DNA of 64,000 nucleotides from an uncultured cyanobacterium (GTDB lineage Bacteria; Cyanobacteriota; Cyanobacteriia; Phormidesmidales; Phormidesmidaceae): NCBI GenBank assembly GCA_963793265.1, contig CAWBZI010000002.1, positions 128,001 to 192,000 of the forward strand, read 5' to 3'. Shown piece by piece: positions 60,968 to 64,000 of this stretch (position 1 is its first letter; each line of letters starts with the position of its first letter). The notes under the pieces were generated by a model. It saw only the letters and a program-made list of their open reading frames with translations, ran no database searches and was not told where the DNA came from. The position numbers and the translations under genes were made by a program.

Positions 60968-62104
60968 ATGGTAAAACGTAGGAAACTTCTGGGCTATGGC
61001 ACAGCAGGAATAGCGACTGCTTCGGCGCTAACGGCCTGTAGCAAAACCGTTGCGACGATACCCGCTCCCGAAATTAATAGTTCCGCTCTACCATCAGTGC
61101 GCTGGCGACTGACTGTTGCTTTTCCAAAATTCTTAGACGTTCTCTACGATACCGCCGAAAATATCTGTCAAAGAGTCAGTGAAATGACCGATGGAAAGTT
61201 TGTAATTATTCCCCACGCACCCGGAGAAATTGCGCCTACCTCGGAAGTCACGGAAGCTGTGAGAACAGGCAAAGCCGACTGTGGCTTTACCGCTAGCGTG
61301 TTAGACGGCGATGCGTACAAAGCTTTTTATATTTTCTCTTCTCTACCCTTTGGGCTCACCGCTCATCAGCACAATGCCTGGCTCTACTACGGCGGTGGCC
61401 TAGAGATTCTACAAAAGCAGTATGCCAGCATCGGTATTAAAAGCTTTCCTGCTAGCAATACGGGCACGCAGATGGGCGGCTGGTTTAGAAAAGAAATTAA
61501 CTCGCTCGAAGACTTGAAGGGTTTAAGGTTTAGAGTGCCTGGCCTGGCCGCAGACGTTTTCAAGCAGTTGGGCGGAGAAGCCGTCTCAATAGCGCCTGAT
61601 AAAATTTTTACCGCGATAGAACAAGGCACCATTGACGCAGCAGAATTTGTTGGCCCCTATGACGACGAAAAGCTAGGGCTAAACCGGGTTGCGCCCTATT
61701 ACTACTACCCCGGCTGGTGGGAACCCGGCACTTCTCACGGGTTCAACATCAACATGGACGCTTGGGAAGCACTTCCCGCTGAGTATCAGCGAATTCTAGA
61801 GGCCGTTATTGCTGAAGGCCATATCAAAACCATCGCTAGATACGATGCTGTAAACAGCAAAGCTCTGCAAAAGATGCTGTCGCAGGGCACTAAAATTTCG
61901 GCATTTAGCAACGAGATTATGAGAGCAGCACAAGATATTGCCTTTGATTCTTATGAAGCATTCGCTCTTAAAGATGCCAACTTCAAAGAATCGTACACTA
62001 GCTGGAAAGCTTTCAGACAGCAGATATATCAGTGGCATGAGGTCAGCGAGATTGGCTATTCCAACTTTGTTATCAACAATCCTGCTGGCGCGCTGTCTTC
62101 TTAA
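60968..62104 (+). CDS. dctP: TRAP substrate-binding protein (DctP/TakP-like), Tat lipoprotein
   Basis: RRKLL twin-Arg, LTAC lipobox, NTGTQMGGWF.KEI...DLKGL..R.PG, GPYDDEKLG, YYYPGWWE. Confidence 0.9.
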   Translation: MVKRRKLLGYGTAGIATASALTACSKTVATIPAPEINSSALPSVRWRLTVAFPKFLDVLYDTAENICQRVSEMTDGKFVIIPHAPGEIAPTSEVTEAVRTGKADCGFTASVLDGDAYKAFYIFSSLPFGLTAHQHNAWLYYGGGLEILQKQYASIGIKSFPASNTGTQMGGWFRKEINSLEDLKGLRFRVPGLAADVFKQLGGEAVSIAPDKIFTAIEQGTIDAAEFVGPYDDEKLGLNRVAPYYYYPGWWEPGTSHGFNINMDAWEALPAEYQRILEAVIAEGHIKTIARYDAVNSKALQKMLSQGTKISAFSNEIMRAAQDIAFDSYEAFALKDANFKESYTSWKAFRQQIYQWHEVSEIGYSNFVINNPAGALSS

Positions 62105-62175
62105 GCTAGCGCCTGTATAACATCCCCTAGTAAAGCTGCGATCGCCCACCACATACAACCCTTTTCTACCCACCC

Positions 62176-64000
62176 ATGTCATCACAAGATCGCATTGCAA
62201 AATTCTACACTCAATGGACAAAGCCATTCAGTACAAAGATAAGAGACACCAGTCTGCGCACTAAGCTGGACTGGGGCTTTGGCACACTTGTAATGCTGAC
62301 CTTTTTAGCCGTAGGACGCGGCTATTTGGGAGCTTCTCATACTAACCATAGCATTGAGAAAACACGCGAAGTGAGGATGCCTACCGCAATTAACTCTGCG
62401 GAAGCTCAGGCTGATTTATTGAATATGCTCTCGTTGGTTCGGGGCTATTTGGTCACTGGCAACGCCGACTACCGAGTGCAGTATCACGAAGCCAAAGATT
62501 CGTTTGAAGCAGAACTTGCTGTGTTGAATGCCCAGCGTTCTAACCAGGACTTAAAAACCAGCCAAAACGAGTTCGATCGGCTAACTGTAAGCTACCAAAT
62601 TTGGTCAGAACTCCCGGAAAAGCTTTTTACGCTTCATGATGATTTGCTAGAAAATCAGCCTGCACTCAACCTATTAGAGACAGAAGCGACCTTGCCGATC
62701 AGCATTGTTCGAAAAGAAACTCAAAACTTATTGGACAGTCAAGAAGTGCGGTCTTTCTCTTTTGAGAATATGACGGTGCTTAAAAACATTGTCTCATTTC
62801 AGGTTTCTTTTAATGACTTCATCTCTAACCTCCGTACCTATGTTGCCACTCAAGATCAAAGTTTTAGATTTGAATACGCTGGCGCAATTTTAGACAATAA
62901 TTCGGCTTGGGAATCACTGATAGCCAGCCAGCAGCAGCTAACAGAAGAACAACAGCTTAGCTTAGAAAAGATCGAACAGGCGCGTGAGCTGCTGCTAGCT
63001 GTGCCAAATGAAGTGGTGAACATTGTTGAGAGCGATCGCTACCGCCAAGACCTGTACATATTCAAAAGCCAGGCAGAACCACTAACGCAAGAAATGCTAG
63101 CGTCACTCAATGCGATTGTAACCAATCAACAAACCGCACTCAGCGCAGAACTTCAGTCAGGACAGGCGGCACTCCGAACGGCCCAGTGGCAAGCAACGGT
63201 GTTGGGACTGATTGCGCTAGGGCTAGGAATTGCGTGTGCGCTATATGCTCGCAGGCAAATTGCTGGGCCGATTGTGCGGCTCATGGCAGTAACGACTCGT
63301 CTCAAAGAAGGAGATTTTGGAGCTGAGGCAGTTGTTGAATCAAGAGATGAAATCGGTCAGCTAGCCAGTACATTCAACCAAATGACCGACGCGCTAAAGC
63401 AGTTTCGACAAACGGTAGAGGAACGCACAGTTGAGCTGGCAAAGTCTACAGAACTTGCTGAGAGTGCCAACCGGGCCAAGAGCGAATTTTTGGCAAATAT
63501 GAGCCACGAACTGCGCACGCCGCTGAATGGAATTTTAGGCTATGCGCAGATCTTAAGACGAACCCGAGGCTTAGGAGAAAAAGAGCGGAACGGCGTTAAC
63601 GTGATTTATCAATGCGGCACGCACCTGCTGACGCTGATCAATGATGTTTTAGACCTGTCTAAGATTGAAGCGCGTAAGCTGGAGCTAGTGAACACGCCGC
63701 TACATTTGCCCGCTCTCCTACAAAGCGTGGTAGAGATGTGCAAGATTAAAGCCGAAGACAAAGGAGTTGAGTTTATCTATCAGGCTAGCCCGCAGTTGCC
63801 AGAGGGTGTAGAAGCCGATGAGAAAAGACTGCGACAGGTTTTAATTAATTTATTGGGCAATGCAATTAAGTTCACTGAGCAAGGGGCCGTTACGCTGCGA
63901 GTGGATGTGGTTAACCGCTCTGAAGGGCAGGCTTCTTTGCTGTTTCAGGTGATTGATACGGGCGCAGGGATTGCTCAGAGCGATCGCAATAAGCTGTTTA
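62176..64000 (+). CDS. Sensor histidine kinase (helical periplasmic sensor-HAMP-HisKA-HATPase), truncated by window end
   Basis: Open frame from ATG 62176 (absent from ORF track): [52 protein letters not shown]. Confidence 0.9.
   Translation, partial: MSSQDRIAKFYTQWTKPFSTKIRDTSLRTKLDWGFGTLVMLTFLAVGRGYLGASHTNHSIEKTREVRMPTAINSAEAQADLLNMLSLVRGYLVTGNADYRVQYHEAKDSFEAELAVLNAQRSNQDLKTSQNEFDRLTVSYQIWSELPEKLFTLHDDLLENQPALNLLETEATLPISIVRKETQNLLDSQEVRSFSFENMTVLKNIVSFQVSFNDFISNLRTYVATQDQSFRFEYAGAILDNNSAWESLIASQQQLTEEQQLSLEKIEQARELLLAVPNEVVNIVESDRYRQDLYIFKSQAEPLTQEMLASLNAIVTNQQTALSAELQSGQAALRTAQWQATVLGLIALGLGIACALYARRQIAGPIVRLMAVTTRLKEGDFGAEAVVESRDEIGQLASTFNQMTDALKQFRQTVEERTVELAKSTELAESANRAKSEFLANMSHELRTPLNGILGYAQILRRTRGLGEKERNGVNVIYQCGTHLLTLINDVLDLSKIEARKLELVNTPLHLPALLQSVVEMCKIKAEDKGVEFIYQASPQLPEGVEADEKRLRQVLINLLGNAIKFTEQGAVTLRVDVVNRSEGQASLLFQVIDTGAGIAQSDRNKLF

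Larger units (their letters stand above)
1..64000. repeat. HIP1 octamer GCGATCGC dispersed throughout
   Basis: Dozens of copies; hallmark of many cyanobacterial genomes. Confidence 0.9.

Noticed and set aside
1089..62227. Numerous short antisense or alternate-frame ORFs inside long genes
   Set aside because: Shadows of well-supported CDSs (WD40, Gly-rich FHA, etc.) with no independent motifs
1..64000. rRNA, tRNA or riboswitch
   Set aside because: None recognised by eye; an Rfam scan of the larger intergenic regions (36610-36980, 42500-42878, 60036-60316) was not possible

Overview
Cyanobacterial chromosome segment (abundant HIP1 GCGATCGC, PEP-CTERM proteins, DUF1822/DUF928/CHASE2/CHAT genes; style of a filamentous Leptolyngbya/Phormidesmis-like strain) that reads as an accessory defence/signalling island. 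Left part (0.6-28 kb): five clan-CD proteases (CHAT and caspase C14) fused to TPR, TIR, AAA_35, STAND-NTPase, WD40 and lipase domains, plus a signal-peptide-less peptidoglycan-hydrolase cassette. Centre (35-46 kb, minus strand): a compact cluster of LysM-crystallin-GH19 chitinase, metalloprotease-crystallin, crystallin-CAP/PR-1, GH17 and GH64 beta-1,3-glucanases, preceded by an alpha-dioxygenase and a small P450-like protein. This mirrors the plant pathogenesis-related (PR) antifungal arsenal and is the best candidate for an undescribed system (anti-chytrid/anti-fungal defence). Right part: cytochrome c peroxidase + hybrid kinase, REC-HisKA_3 kinase + NarL regulator, TPR-CD225 protein, a second sigma-like/DUF1822/CHAT module (sixth clan-CD protease) with CHASE2 and DUF928, a decayed RAYT/REP element, an orphan DctP and a hybrid kinase running off the end. 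A TGACAWWTGTCA-type palindrome, usually paired, recurs in front of five of these modules, and an ~85-bp promoter-like element is shared by the TPR-CHAT and haemagglutinin genes. All family calls come from motif recognition by eye; no database searches were run.
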